A stretch of 64,000 nt of DNA. Origin: a bacterium. Lineage in GTDB: Bacteria; Hinthialibacterota; Hinthialibacteria; Hinthialibacterales; Hinthialibacteraceae. The position numbers and the translations under genes were made by a program. Positions 48,280-58,131 of this stretch are shown here, one piece after another. The stretch lies in the NCBI GenBank assembly GCA_963662285.2, contig CAXXMV010000008.1, forward strand, positions 1,280,001 through 1,344,000. Reading direction: 5' to 3'. Position 1 is the stretch's first letter. Each line of letters starts with the position of its first letter. Under the pieces are notes generated by a model. The model was not told the DNA's origin. It saw only the letters and a list, made by a program, of their open reading frames with translations, and searched no databases.

Positions 48280-49113
48280 ATGATTCAATTATCTAGAATT
48301 TCTTTTTATATTTACATGATCCCGCTATGCGCCATCATGTTGTGCGGACATCCCTCGTACGCGAATAACGTCGATGTAACCATTCTGCATACCAACGATT
48401 TCCATTGCACCTTTAATCGCGCCAATTCACTGCTTAAAACAATCCGATCTCTACGAAAAGCATTTCCTCATAGCATTCTGCTTGATGCAGGCGACATGTT
48501 TGAAAGCAAGGTTCCCAAAGTTATTACAAGCCGTGGACGAATTGTGGTTGATTTTATGAATCAAGCAGGATATGACGCCATGACGTTAGGCGATAATGCC
48601 TTCAAAATATTTCCTCTCGAAGATATTGAACGTTGTATAAAAAAATTCCGATTTCCTGTTCTATTATCAAACCTGGAAAAAAAAAGCGATGAAAATCCGC
48701 TCTCTCTGCCATATTTTATCTTTAACTGCAATGGCGCGAGGCTCGGCGTTATTGGCCTTTATGATGAAGAGTCGCTCGACGCAGCAGGAATAAAAATTCT
48801 CCCTCCCCCAAAAACCCTGCAACGATATATCTCTCTGCTTAAAAACAAAGTTGATTGCATCATTGTTTTAAGCCATTCAGGAATAGACAAAGACCTGAAG
48901 TTAGCCGGACAGATAGATGGAATAGATGTTATCGTAGGCGGTTCCAGCGAGGTTGAACTGCATAATCCTAAAAAAGAGGGTGATACGCTTATTGTACAGG
49001 CTGGTCATTATGGGATGTATGTCGGCGCTTTGCATTTAAGCATTGATACAGAAAAGAACGCCATAAGCAAATGGAAGGGCGGCCTGATCCCCACCTCCAG
49101 CGACTTGGATTAA
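48280..49113 (+). CDS. Secreted metallophosphoesterase (5'-nucleotidase N-domain only)
   Basis: HTNDFH, DAGD, LSHSG; some metal-ligand positions divergent. Confidence 0.8.
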   Translation: MIQLSRISFYIYMIPLCAIMLCGHPSYANNVDVTILHTNDFHCTFNRANSLLKTIRSLRKAFPHSILLDAGDMFESKVPKVITSRGRIVVDFMNQAGYDAMTLGDNAFKIFPLEDIERCIKKFRFPVLLSNLEKKSDENPLSLPYFIFNCNGARLGVIGLYDEESLDAAGIKILPPPKTLQRYISLLKNKVDCIIVLSHSGIDKDLKLAGQIDGIDVIVGGSSEVELHNPKKEGDTLIVQAGHYGMYVGALHLSIDTEKNAISKWKGGLIPTSSDLD

Positions 49114-49257
49114 GATACAACACCGATTTTCACAGCATCCCTAACCGTCATAATTAAGCCAAGATTTCGGGGGGCTGAATTGTTGGTTAAGCAGTGAATT
49201 TTATTTTCATCGGTCGGCCATCCAGCCAGGGGATGGGGGTTGGTTCTTGCAACTTTT

Positions 49258-50096
49258 TTACTCCTTGCAGTATAGGCGTGTTGGCCCGTTTGCAAATCCG
49301 GCCAACTCGCGCGCCACCGCTGTGATGGCGACGTTCTCCTTCTTGCCATTTTTTATCATATCCGTGTATTTTTTATGAAGGCGCCGCATCGGCTTTGTCC
49401 GCCGCCGCTATGACCCAGGCCGGTTGTCCGGCTCTTCTTTTGCTCAGCGCTTTGCCGACCTGAGGGCGATGGCGTTGATGCCACGACGACTCGACCAATA
49501 TGCGCCGCACGCGTTTATTGCCGCTTTTGGTGATGGATCCCCGGCGCGTTTTGACTCCCGAAGAATTCTCACTCGGAGTCAATCCCAAAAATGCCATAAG
49601 CTGATTGAGATCATTGAAGCGTTCGAAACCGTAAAGTTCGCTCAGGATCACCATGGCAGTCACAGTATCGATGCCGCGGAAGCATCGCAGCCATCCCACT
49701 TTTTCCCGGTATGTTTCGCTCTGCGCAATCTGCTCAATTTCTTGCTCCAGTTTTTTGACCCGCTCTATGCAACGCTCCACCTCATACAGCAAATCGTCCA
49801 GGGGAATTTGCAGTTTGGGATCCTTGAATTTTTTTAACATTCGACTTATAAAACGCTGCAACTCTTTTGCGTTATTTTGTACGGTGCATCTCATTTCTGT
49901 TGAATTCTGTGGATCAATGATGTACATGAAATGTTCGTTTTTGTGAGCATCAATTCCTACGTAAATTGTATTATAATCTTTCATGACCGGCTCTTTTCGT
50001 ATGCGGCTCTGTCGCAGCCTGCTGATAACCCGCGATCCCATGGATATTACCATTATCCATCTACGATCACGGGGCCGATCGTTCCATATGGTCTAC
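49258..50096 (-). pseudogene. Degenerate IS110-family element (recombinase with internal deletion and frameshift, plus upstream non-coding end)
   Basis: YVGIDAHK; GLTPSENSSG...GSITKSGN; frameshifted tail RRLHKKY...AVARELAGF; most of the RuvC-like domain missing. Confidence 0.88.
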
Positions 50097-50156
50097 GGGT
50101 TTAAATCACCACTCGCCAATTCCGCTTCTTTATTTTCATATAATTTTTCTATGAAT

Positions 50157-50181
50157 TGAACTTTCTTTTTGTTCCTGCGTC
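50157..50181 (+). promoter_or_regulatory. ECF sigma autoregulatory promoter
   Basis: TGAAC-N16-CGTC, 14 nt before the sigma ATG. Confidence 0.75.
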
Positions 50182-50195
50182 CTTATCATAGAGCC

Positions 50196-50732
50196 ATGAA
50201 TACAAACGAACTAATAGATGATCGCATATATGTCATTCGCGCCCAATTAGGGGATGATGATGCGTTCATGACATTGGTGAATCTCTATAGCGGGCGTTTG
50301 CTTTACTATATCCGGCGTTTTCTGGAAGACGCAGACCGTTCTGACGATGTGCTCCAGGAAGTCTGGTTGACGGTCTATAAAAAAATCAACACGTTGCGCG
50401 ACGCATCAGCATTTTCCGTATGGCTCCACCGTACAGCCAGAAACCGGGCCATCCAATTGTTGAGAGTTGAGAGCCGGTACGTCTTTGTAGAACAGTATAA
50501 CGAATCGGATTTAATCGATGACGATCATGAAAGTTTGTTGTTTGATGATATTAACAAATTACATAGAGTTCTAACAACGCTATCGCCCGAACATAAGGAA
50601 GCCATTGTATTACGCTTTTTTGAAGAGATGAACTACCAAGAGATAGCAGACATCATGGGATGCAGCATTGGCACGGTACGTTCGCGCATCCACTACGCAA
50701 AACAGGAATTAAGAAAAAAGATGGAGGAATAA
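50196..50732 (+). CDS. ECF RNA polymerase sigma factor
   Basis: DDVLQEVW, FSVWLHRTARN, YQEIADIMGCSIGTVRSRIH. Confidence 0.95.
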   Translation: MNTNELIDDRIYVIRAQLGDDDAFMTLVNLYSGRLLYYIRRFLEDADRSDDVLQEVWLTVYKKINTLRDASAFSVWLHRTARNRAIQLLRVESRYVFVEQYNESDLIDDDHESLLFDDINKLHRVLTTLSPEHKEAIVLRFFEEMNYQEIADIMGCSIGTVRSRIHYAKQELRKKMEE

Positions 50733-50734
50733 AA

Positions 50735-51148
50735 ATGATGAATGACATCCAAGAAAAAATTATGCAAGCCAATGGAATAAAACAAAGCGAAATTCCTGAG
50801 CAACAACTGAAAGGAATCCGGCGTTTAATAAAGCGGGAAAAAATAGGGATTTTTATCACCAAGTTCTTTACTACACTTTTTTGGAGCGCGTCGCTTGTCA
50901 TGCTGGGGGGGTATATGTATGCCGTAAAATTGATTCTTTTTCATCAAAGGGCTGAACTTGCAAGTTCCTCTATAAAAGAAACTGTAGACATCATAATGGT
51001 GCTAGAAACAATCCTGCCGCTTGTTATCATCCTTGCCGCTGTCTGCTCAGTCTTTCTTTACATACGCGCCAAATCAGTAAATCTGCTTCAGATCCATGAA
51101 CGGCTGCACAACTTGGAAGAGATGGTGAAAATTCTTTTGTCTAAATGA
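50735..51148 (+). CDS. Two-TM protein, putative anti-sigma partner
   Basis: Starts 2 nt after the ECF stop; two hydrophobic helices. Confidence 0.65.
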   Translation: MMNDIQEKIMQANGIKQSEIPEQQLKGIRRLIKREKIGIFITKFFTTLFWSASLVMLGGYMYAVKLILFHQRAELASSSIKETVDIIMVLETILPLVIILAAVCSVFLYIRAKSVNLLQIHERLHNLEEMVKILLSK

Positions 51149-51149
51149 T

Positions 51150-51240
51150 TAGCGTAGCGCGTAGGATGGGCTAAAAGCTGCGAAAGCGACGTAACCAATT
51201 ACAGCCGCTTATGCTACGCTGGCTTTTTTAGCCACCTTAC
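51150..51240. repeat. Degenerate GTAG-type REP pair
   Basis: GTAGGATGGGCTAAAAGC...TTTAGCCACCTTAC, similar to 52871-52961. Confidence 0.6.
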
Positions 51241-51324
51241 TTAGTTAACTGATTCCCTCTTCTTTTCTAAACTGTTTTGATATTTGCTGCTTATTCTAGT
51301 ACCACGGATATCACATCCAGGTTA

Positions 51325-51930
51325 TTAATCTGTATAGTGATTATCCCGGCCGACTTCGCCGACGAATCCCTTATCGCAACGGATGATATCGCCGCCGCTG
51401 GTGACGCCGTTGCTGGGATTGTACGCCATCGACTTAAATAAGCGCGACGGCCAATGTAATGATGCATGATCCGGTCCCGCACTGCGCGTTAGCCACTGCC
51501 CGGTCGGGTCGGCTTCGTTGTTTTGCGCGCCAATTTCATAATCGTACTTGATGTTGCGGTATTGATAAAAACGCAACGGGTGGAAATTTCCCGCGTATAG
51601 TTCGAACTGATTGTGATTGGGGAAATCGATGAATGGATCAATCATCACCGAAGGGCTGACATAGGCAATTGGAGTGGTCAGTTGTTTCCAAACTACTATG
51701 CCTTTATATTCCACACCGCTTCCGCTTACTTGATTCGGTCCGCTTGGCTGTGAACCGTTATCTAGCATATACATGTTGATCGCCGTCGCATGAGCCGTCA
51801 TGTCACCCTTCACACGCGCGATCTTTGCTCGCACTTGAGCGTTCAAGAAATTGGGAACCGCGATTGCGGCTAGTATTCCGATGATCGCTACGACGATCAG
51901 CAACTCGATTAGAGTAAATGCGCGTTTCAT
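51325..51930 (-). CDS. Prepilin-type N-methylation domain protein (GspG-like)
   Basis: AFTLIELLIVVAIIGILAAIAVPNF; LTTP..Y; DPF; SAGPD; YNPSNG..SGGD. Confidence 0.9.
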   Translation of the reverse strand: MKRAFTLIELLIVVAIIGILAAIAVPNFLNAQVRAKIARVKGDMTAHATAINMYMLDNGSQPSGPNQVSGSGVEYKGIVVWKQLTTPIAYVSPSVMIDPFIDFPNHNQFELYAGNFHPLRFYQYRNIKYDYEIGAQNNEADPTGQWLTRSAGPDHASLHWPSRLFKSMAYNPSNGVTSGGDIIRCDKGFVGEVGRDNHYTD

Positions 51931-52154
51931 GATACAACCTCTCACGTTGGATATACTATCATATCTGATTGTTAATCCTAGAGAAAAAATCCATTTTTAA
52001 GAAAGGATCGGGTTGCTCCATTTTAACGATATTTCATAATCTACACTCAATGCATGTCTATCCTATACTTAACATGAAATGATGTTATATAATCAGTCAT
52101 ACCTTGATGTTGTCGATCTAAAGACGAAGGTTTTACTCTCAGGGAGTGACTAAT

Positions 52155-52739
52155 ATGAAAAATAATATTGCTTTTACTCTTATTGAACTCCTGATCGTAG
52201 TCGCCATTATAGGGATATTAGCATCAATTGCTGTTCCTAATTTCTTAAATGCCATGACGCGAGCCAAAGTTGCCCGTTCCATGGCAGATCAAAAGGCAAT
52301 GCATACGGCTATTCAGCAATACATGCTGGATGCGAACGATAATCCTCCCCATTCCCATGAGTCTAACCAGAACTATTGGTTAACTACTCCAGTGGCATAC
52401 CTTCCTGGATTCTTATATGATCCCTTTCAAGATACTCCATTAGCGCAGTCATTGTTCGGATCAGACCTCCAATATCATAAAAAGCAACAACATTGGGATC
52501 CACTTGATCGTAGATATTGGAGCAGCCTTTCTCTTGATACTTTAGATACTCAAAAAGAACCGGAACTTGAATATTGGTTGAAATCCATCGGAATTATCTT
52601 TGGCATGGGGCCATCCATGAAATATACGGGCTATTCAGGATTCACTTTTGGGGTTGCATTCATACCCTATGAACCAACCAACGGTTTGGTTAGCCTGGGG
52701 ATCATCCGCTGTTATGTACCTGGAAAACCAAAAGTATAA
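52155..52739 (+). CDS. Prepilin-type N-methylation domain protein
   Basis: AFTLIELL...; LTTPVAY; DPF; YEPTNGLVS. Confidence 0.9.
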   Translation: MKNNIAFTLIELLIVVAIIGILASIAVPNFLNAMTRAKVARSMADQKAMHTAIQQYMLDANDNPPHSHESNQNYWLTTPVAYLPGFLYDPFQDTPLAQSLFGSDLQYHKKQQHWDPLDRRYWSSLSLDTLDTQKEPELEYWLKSIGIIFGMGPSMKYTGYSGFTFGVAFIPYEPTNGLVSLGIIRCYVPGKPKV

Positions 52740-52870
52740 CTAAATCTATACGAATGTCGCTGGTCATGAATTGGTGAAAATTGCTATATCACGAATGTGA
52801 ACGTAATTATTTCATGCACTCTAAGTCAATTTACACTCCACAAATACTTTATCTCAATTTAGATAAATAA

Positions 52871-52964
52871 GTAGGGTGGGCTAAAAGCGAAGCGTAGCCC
52901 ACCAAAGCCACTTATGCATCATGGTGGGCTACGCCGCTTCGCGGCTTTTAACCCACCCTACTTC
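52871..52964. repeat. GTAG-type REP doublet (inverted pair)
   Basis: GTAGGGTGGGCTAAAAGCGAAGCGTAGCCCACC...GGTGGGCTACGCC...CCCACCCTAC. Confidence 0.85.
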
Positions 52965-52971
52965 TATTTCG

Positions 52972-53950
52972 CTATTTATTCAGCATCCAGTTTTTTGTTA
53001 ATGATGCGGCTAGTTTAAATGATGCCTGCCAAATATCAAATCCACCTGAACCATGAGGACGATCGGATGTAAAAAATAGCAACGCCCCATCATGTGATAT
53101 TCCCGGCGCAGCATCATGGTAAGAAGTATTCATATTTGGTCCCAGATTTTCCGGCGTTTGCCAGGGATCATTGAGTGATAAACGCTGTGTCATCCATAGA
53201 TCAAGTCCACCAAAACCTCCTGGACGATCAGATGTAAAAAAGAGACATAGTCCATTTTTAGTAATCTGTGGATTGCCTTCAATATTATTGGTATTGACGA
53301 TTTGCCCCAAATTCTCTACGGCTTTCCACGGATCGTTTAGAGTATCGCGCGTTGCCACCCAAAGGTCGGATTTACCGAATCCACCTTCCCTTGGAACATC
53401 TTGCCATCCAGAAGAGAAATACAAAGAAAGTCCATCATTTGAAATACATGGATTAGCATCACTCTTAGCGCTATTAAATGTTGAACCTAGATTTACGGGA
53501 GGCGTCCACGGATCATTAACTGTGGTTCGAGTCGTAATCCAAATATCGATCGCCCCCGATCCACCGCTCCGGTCTGAGGCGAAAAACAAAGACAATCCAT
53601 CAGAAGAGATGCTTGGCTCGCCATCAAAAGATGAACTATTAATCGCATCACCCAAACTTACAGGCTTCCCCCAGGGATCATTAATTGACTGTCGCTTTGA
53701 TTCAAATATATCCAAACTTCCTAGACTTCCAGATTGGTTTGTATCAAAAAACATTGATAAGCCATCAGCGGTTAAGGTCATTGAACCGTCAAGAGAATCT
53801 GAATTGAATGTTGATCCCAGGTTCTGAGGAACTCCAAATTCATACTGCGCAAAAGCCTCTGATGCAAACAAGCAATTAACCAATAAGCCAACCAATAAAG
53901 ATATTTCTTATAAAGTTCAGTCTTTTTAACATTTGCGCATGGATTACCAT
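52972..53950 (-). CDS. Secreted PD40/WD40-like beta-propeller protein; probable frameshift in the signal-peptide region
   Basis: Five repeats of P.IS.DGLSLFF.SDR.GG.G..DIW; the RBS-backed ATG at 53950 is out of frame with ORF 52972..53895. Confidence 0.8.
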
Positions 53951-54008
53951 AACAACACCTCTTTTCATATCTTCTTTTTGTATTGTTAAAATATCTCCAA
54001 AGCCGTCG

Positions 54009-54059
54009 ATGCATCATGGTGGGCTACGCCGCTTCGCGGCTTTTAGCCCACCCTACTTC
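54009..54059. repeat. Single REP, direct repeat of 52914-52964
   Basis: 50/51 nt identical. Confidence 0.9.
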
Positions 54060-54102
54060 GCTGCTGATCTCATCAATTATTGCATGTGGAAGGTAAAGAT
54101 AA

Positions 54103-55047
54103 TCAACTCTTGCCGAACACGACTTTATCGATCACTTTTTTAGTCCACATCACGGCCTGCCAGTCATATTTCTTGGTTTCTTCTGGTGTAGACGGATTTA
54201 CGCCGCCCATGCCGGATTCGATTCCCCAGAATCCACTGAAGCCTGAATCCAATGATATTTGCAGTAGTTTCTCAATATCATAACGGGGATTGGTTCCATC
54301 GGGCTGCCAGCCAGTTTTAACCGAAACGCCTTTAGCGTAAGGCATGCATTCCTTTACGGCGGCATAGAAATCTGCGTCATCGGGATAGTTGCCATAATCG
54401 GGCAGCAAGCCGAAATTGGGGTTATCAACCTTCTTAACTAATTTTGGAAGCCATCCTGGAAATGATGATAGTCCGCCATGATTTTCGATGATTACATTAA
54501 TCTTCGATTCCTCAGCGTATTCAAGCAACTGGCTGAATGATTCAGCGGCGCGGTTAATCGCGTCGGGGTCTTCCTTGGGCGACGCGCCTCCACCGTGGGC
54601 GTTGCAGCGGATGGCATGGCAACCGAGATATGCGGCGATGTCGATCCACTTGCGGTGATTGATCACTGATTGACGGAGGACTTTCTTCTCTTTGGCGACC
54701 ATCGCACCTTCGTCATCCACCATTATCAATACATTCCTGACGCCATGATCGGCGGCAGCTTTGTTGAGTCGTCTCAAGTAGGATTCAGTTGGAACTTCAA
54801 AAAAATTATTGACGTACTCGATGCCATCGATGCCGAAATCTTCACGGCAGATACGCGCCACATCAGTTAATTTCCAAATCCCCGCCCTGAAACTGCGTAC
54901 GATTGACCATGTTGCAAGTGAAATAGCATTCTTGTCGGGATGTGGATAAGCCAGGGCCGATTGCTGAAACACGCCTGGCAGTATACCCAAACAGGCGCCG
55001 GTTATGGCTGATTTCTGAATAAAACTACGTCTGGAAACAGGATTCAT
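54103..55047 (-). CDS. Tat-exported sugar phosphate isomerase/epimerase
   Basis: SRRSFI; ENHGGLSS; LPDYGN; GIE. Confidence 0.9.
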   Translation of the reverse strand: MNPVSRRSFIQKSAITGACLGILPGVFQQSALAYPHPDKNAISLATWSIVRSFRAGIWKLTDVARICREDFGIDGIEYVNNFFEVPTESYLRRLNKAAADHGVRNVLIMVDDEGAMVAKEKKVLRQSVINHRKWIDIAAYLGCHAIRCNAHGGGASPKEDPDAINRAAESFSQLLEYAEESKINVIIENHGGLSSFPGWLPKLVKKVDNPNFGLLPDYGNYPDDADFYAAVKECMPYAKGVSVKTGWQPDGTNPRYDIEKLLQISLDSGFSGFWGIESGMGGVNPSTPEETKKYDWQAVMWTKKVIDKVVFGKS

Positions 55048-55233
55048 GATAATTCTCCCATAATCTTAATTTCTTATTAACCAATTTATTGTAAAGGAAT
55101 AAATCCAATTGGTCATGTGACAGTAAAGTGTAATACAAATAAAAAATATTGTATTGCAGACTATCAATTATAACTAGCAAATTATATATTTATAAAAACA
55201 GATTATGTCCTAAAAAAAATAGGGGGATGATAC

Positions 55234-55815
55234 ATGTATCGAACGCAAGGCTTCACCCTGATTGAGTTATTGATCGTAGTCGCCATCATCGGCATTCTGG
55301 CGGCTATCGCGGTTCCTAATTTCATCAACGCGCAGACGCGGGCCAAGATCGCCCGCAACCACTCTGATATGCAGGCTCTGGGTACAGCTTTAGCCCAGTA
55401 TCAACTGGATAATAATCATTATCCCCCTGTAACCAACTGCGCCGGTCCGGCTGACCGTCATGGCGAACGCTGGGCGCTTCGCGTTTTAACCAGCCCCATG
55501 TCATACATTGCATCGCTGCCCAGCGATCCCTTTAATCCTGGAGATAAAGAGAGCGGCAACGTTTCAGGACGCCATGATTATGGTTTATACTGGTATATGG
55601 ATCGTCTTTCGCGGGGGACCTTCGGCAGCTGCACTCCGGAAAGCGCGTCAAGATTTTTTCAGAACGATGCGCAGAAGTGGTCTCTCAAAGGCCCCGGCCC
55701 TAACAAAATCGAGGATATCAATACAATGGTGACTGGTTTAGGTCAGGTAATCCTGGTTTATGATCTATCCAACGGTCTGATCAGCGCGGGGGATGTCTAC
55801 CGTTGGGGACCATGA
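55234..55815 (+). CDS. Prepilin-type N-methylation domain protein
   Basis: GFTLIELL...; LTSPMSY; DPF; GPGP; YDLSNGLISAGD. Confidence 0.9.
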   Translation: MYRTQGFTLIELLIVVAIIGILAAIAVPNFINAQTRAKIARNHSDMQALGTALAQYQLDNNHYPPVTNCAGPADRHGERWALRVLTSPMSYIASLPSDPFNPGDKESGNVSGRHDYGLYWYMDRLSRGTFGSCTPESASRFFQNDAQKWSLKGPGPNKIEDINTMVTGLGQVILVYDLSNGLISAGDVYRWGP

Positions 55816-55833
55816 TGAGCAGGTTTATATTAT

Positions 55834-55966
55834 TCCCTCTCCCACCGGGAGAGGGTTAGGGTGAGGGGTAATTTTAAATATCATAAGTTAATGAGATTGG
55901 GTTAAGAGAGGGTTGATTATTAAAACACAACCCCCCTCTAACTCCCCCCAGGCTTGGGGGGAGAAT
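55834..55966. repeat. Two intergenic palindromic (REP-like) elements
   Basis: CCCTCTCCC-ACC-GGGAGAGGG-TTAGGGTGAGGG and CCCCCTCTAA-CTCCCCCCA-GGCT-TGGGGGGAG. Confidence 0.6.
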
Positions 55967-56037
55967 ATTACTACCAACACTTTATATTAATATTATCATC
56001 ACACTTTTACAGATTATTTAATTCACAACGAGGCGAT

Positions 56038-57519
56038 ATGCAGAACTCTTTTCATTTTATTGACTGGGCGATTCTGATTGTTTATTTGGGGAGCATGGTA
56101 GGACTTGGCGCCTATTTCGCTCGCAAAGAGAGTACCACGGAGAATTTTTTCCTGGGTGGGCGCAACATGCCCTGGTGGGCGGTGGGCATATCAATCTTCG
56201 CTACCCAGCTGAGCGCCATTACCTACATCGCTATTCCAGGCCGCGCTTTTGAGACCGACTGGTCGTGGGCGGTGTTTAATATGGGCGCCCCGGTTGTCGG
56301 TCTGATAGTGATTCTCTTTTTCCTGCCAGCCTACCGGGCGCGGCGCATTACTTCAGTTTACGAATTTCTCGAAACGCGCTTTAGCCCGTCAGTACGCGCT
56401 TATGGCGCATTGACCTTCGTCATTATGCAGATCGGGCGCATCGCCATCGTGCTCTATCTTCCCGCACTGGTTTTGTATGAAGTAACCGGACTGCCAGTGG
56501 AATGGATGATCCTGGTGATGGGTGCGCTGGTAACCATCTACACCGTCTTGGGCGGCATCGAAGTCGTTATTTGGACTGACGTGGTGCAGACCGTGATTCT
56601 TATATCCGGCGCAGTGCTGGCTCTGATTTTAATTTGCATGCAAATCGACGGCGGTTTATCTGAAGTCATATCCATCGGAGCGCAAAACGGCAAGTTCCAA
56701 CTGGCTCATTTTGATTCCGCTGTATCGAAAGATATCCTCTGGTTCCTGCTGATCGGCGCCATCTTTACCAACCTAGTTCCCTACGCCTCCGATCAAACCC
56801 TGGTGCAACGCTATTTCACCACTTCAACCGAAAAGGACGCGCGGCGCTGCCTGTGGCTCAGCGTGTGGATCGTTATCCCATCGACCATTTTATTCTTTTT
56901 TGTTGGAACATCTTTATACGCCTTCTACACAGTACATCCCGAACTTTTGCAGGAAGGCGTGGAATGGGATAGAGTCTTCCCCTATTTTATTGTGCGCCAA
57001 ATGCCGGTAGGAGTTTCAGGCTTATTGATCGCGGCCATATTCGCCGGCGCCATGTCGAGCCTCGATTCCAGTTTGAACTCCATATCAACCGTATGCGTTA
57101 CTGATTTCTATAAGAGATTCATCAACCAACACCTCAACGACTGCTTCTATCTCTCACTGGCCAGATGGATAACGGTCATAATGGGCGCCGTGGGAACGTT
57201 GATTGCGATATGGGTGGCGCGCCGCCTGATGGGCAACCCCGATCAAAAAGGCGCCTGGGATTTCTTCATCGCTCTGCAAGGCATCCTCGGCGGAGGATTG
57301 GCGGGCATATTCTGCGTTGGCGTCTTCACCCACCGGGCGCATTGGCTTGGCGTCGCTGGTGGAGTGATTATCAGCGCCGTCGTATTGATCTTCGTGAAAT
57401 ATAATCTGCAATGGCATTCTCAAACCTACGCCGCGGTAGGCATTCTGGTTGCGTTCGCCGCGAGTTATATTATTAGTAGGGTGATGCCGCTTAAACAAAA
57501 TTCTATGCCCAATAAATAA
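56038..57519 (+). CDS. Sodium:solute symporter (SiaT-like)
   Basis: FFLGGRNMPWWAVGISIFAT, VIWTDVVQ, DQTLVQRY, AMSSLDSSLNS. Confidence 0.93.
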   Translation: MQNSFHFIDWAILIVYLGSMVGLGAYFARKESTTENFFLGGRNMPWWAVGISIFATQLSAITYIAIPGRAFETDWSWAVFNMGAPVVGLIVILFFLPAYRARRITSVYEFLETRFSPSVRAYGALTFVIMQIGRIAIVLYLPALVLYEVTGLPVEWMILVMGALVTIYTVLGGIEVVIWTDVVQTVILISGAVLALILICMQIDGGLSEVISIGAQNGKFQLAHFDSAVSKDILWFLLIGAIFTNLVPYASDQTLVQRYFTTSTEKDARRCLWLSVWIVIPSTILFFFVGTSLYAFYTVHPELLQEGVEWDRVFPYFIVRQMPVGVSGLLIAAIFAGAMSSLDSSLNSISTVCVTDFYKRFINQHLNDCFYLSLARWITVIMGAVGTLIAIWVARRLMGNPDQKGAWDFFIALQGILGGGLAGIFCVGVFTHRAHWLGVAGGVIISAVVLIFVKYNLQWHSQTYAAVGILVAFAASYIISRVMPLKQNSMPNK

Positions 57520-57538
57520 TAATTGAAAGATCAACCTG

Positions 57539-58126
57539 ATGAAGAAAACCAGAAAAATACGATGTGCGCCATGCAACTCAAAGGATTGTAAAAAAGAAGG
57601 TAAGGATTGCTACGAAAAAGCTGAAGAACATCGTCAATTATATAAAGACGAAAAAATACTCAAGATACTCAAAGCATCCACCTCGGTTGAAGCGCGTCAT
57701 TATTGCAGTGAGACGCGGTTGAGCGAAACCATTCTCTTCGCCAAGGAGATAGGAGTAAAAAAATTAGGATTGGCCTTCTGCGTCGGATTATCAGCTGAAG
57801 CCAAGTCCCTGGAGAAAATCTTCCAGAAGCATTTCGAAGTCATCTCAGTCTGCTGCAAGGTCAGCGGCATCAACAAACGAGAGTTCAACCTGGAGCAAAT
57901 CAAGCCTGATGAACAAGAAATAATATGCAACCCGGCGGGTCAGGCCGAACTGCTCAATCAAGAGGAGACAGACTTAAACGTGTTGTGTGGATTATGCGTT
58001 GGACATGACTCTATCTTCAACATGAAATCCAACGCCCCGGTCACTACCCTCATAACCAAAGACCGCGTCTTAGCCCACAACCCGGCAGGAGCTATCTACT
58101 GCCAATACGTATCCCGTAAATTCTAA
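57539..58126 (+). CDS. DUF1847 family metal-binding protein
   Basis: GLAFCVGL, CCKV, CNPAGQA, GLCVGHD, KDRVLAHNP. Confidence 0.9.
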   Translation: MKKTRKIRCAPCNSKDCKKEGKDCYEKAEEHRQLYKDEKILKILKASTSVEARHYCSETRLSETILFAKEIGVKKLGLAFCVGLSAEAKSLEKIFQKHFEVISVCCKVSGINKREFNLEQIKPDEQEIICNPAGQAELLNQEETDLNVLCGLCVGHDSIFNMKSNAPVTTLITKDRVLAHNPAGAIYCQYVSRKF

Positions 58127-58131
58127 TGGAT

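Noticed and set aside
53171-53827. 218-aa ORF on the + strand
   Set aside because: Antisense shadow of the repetitive beta-propeller gene.
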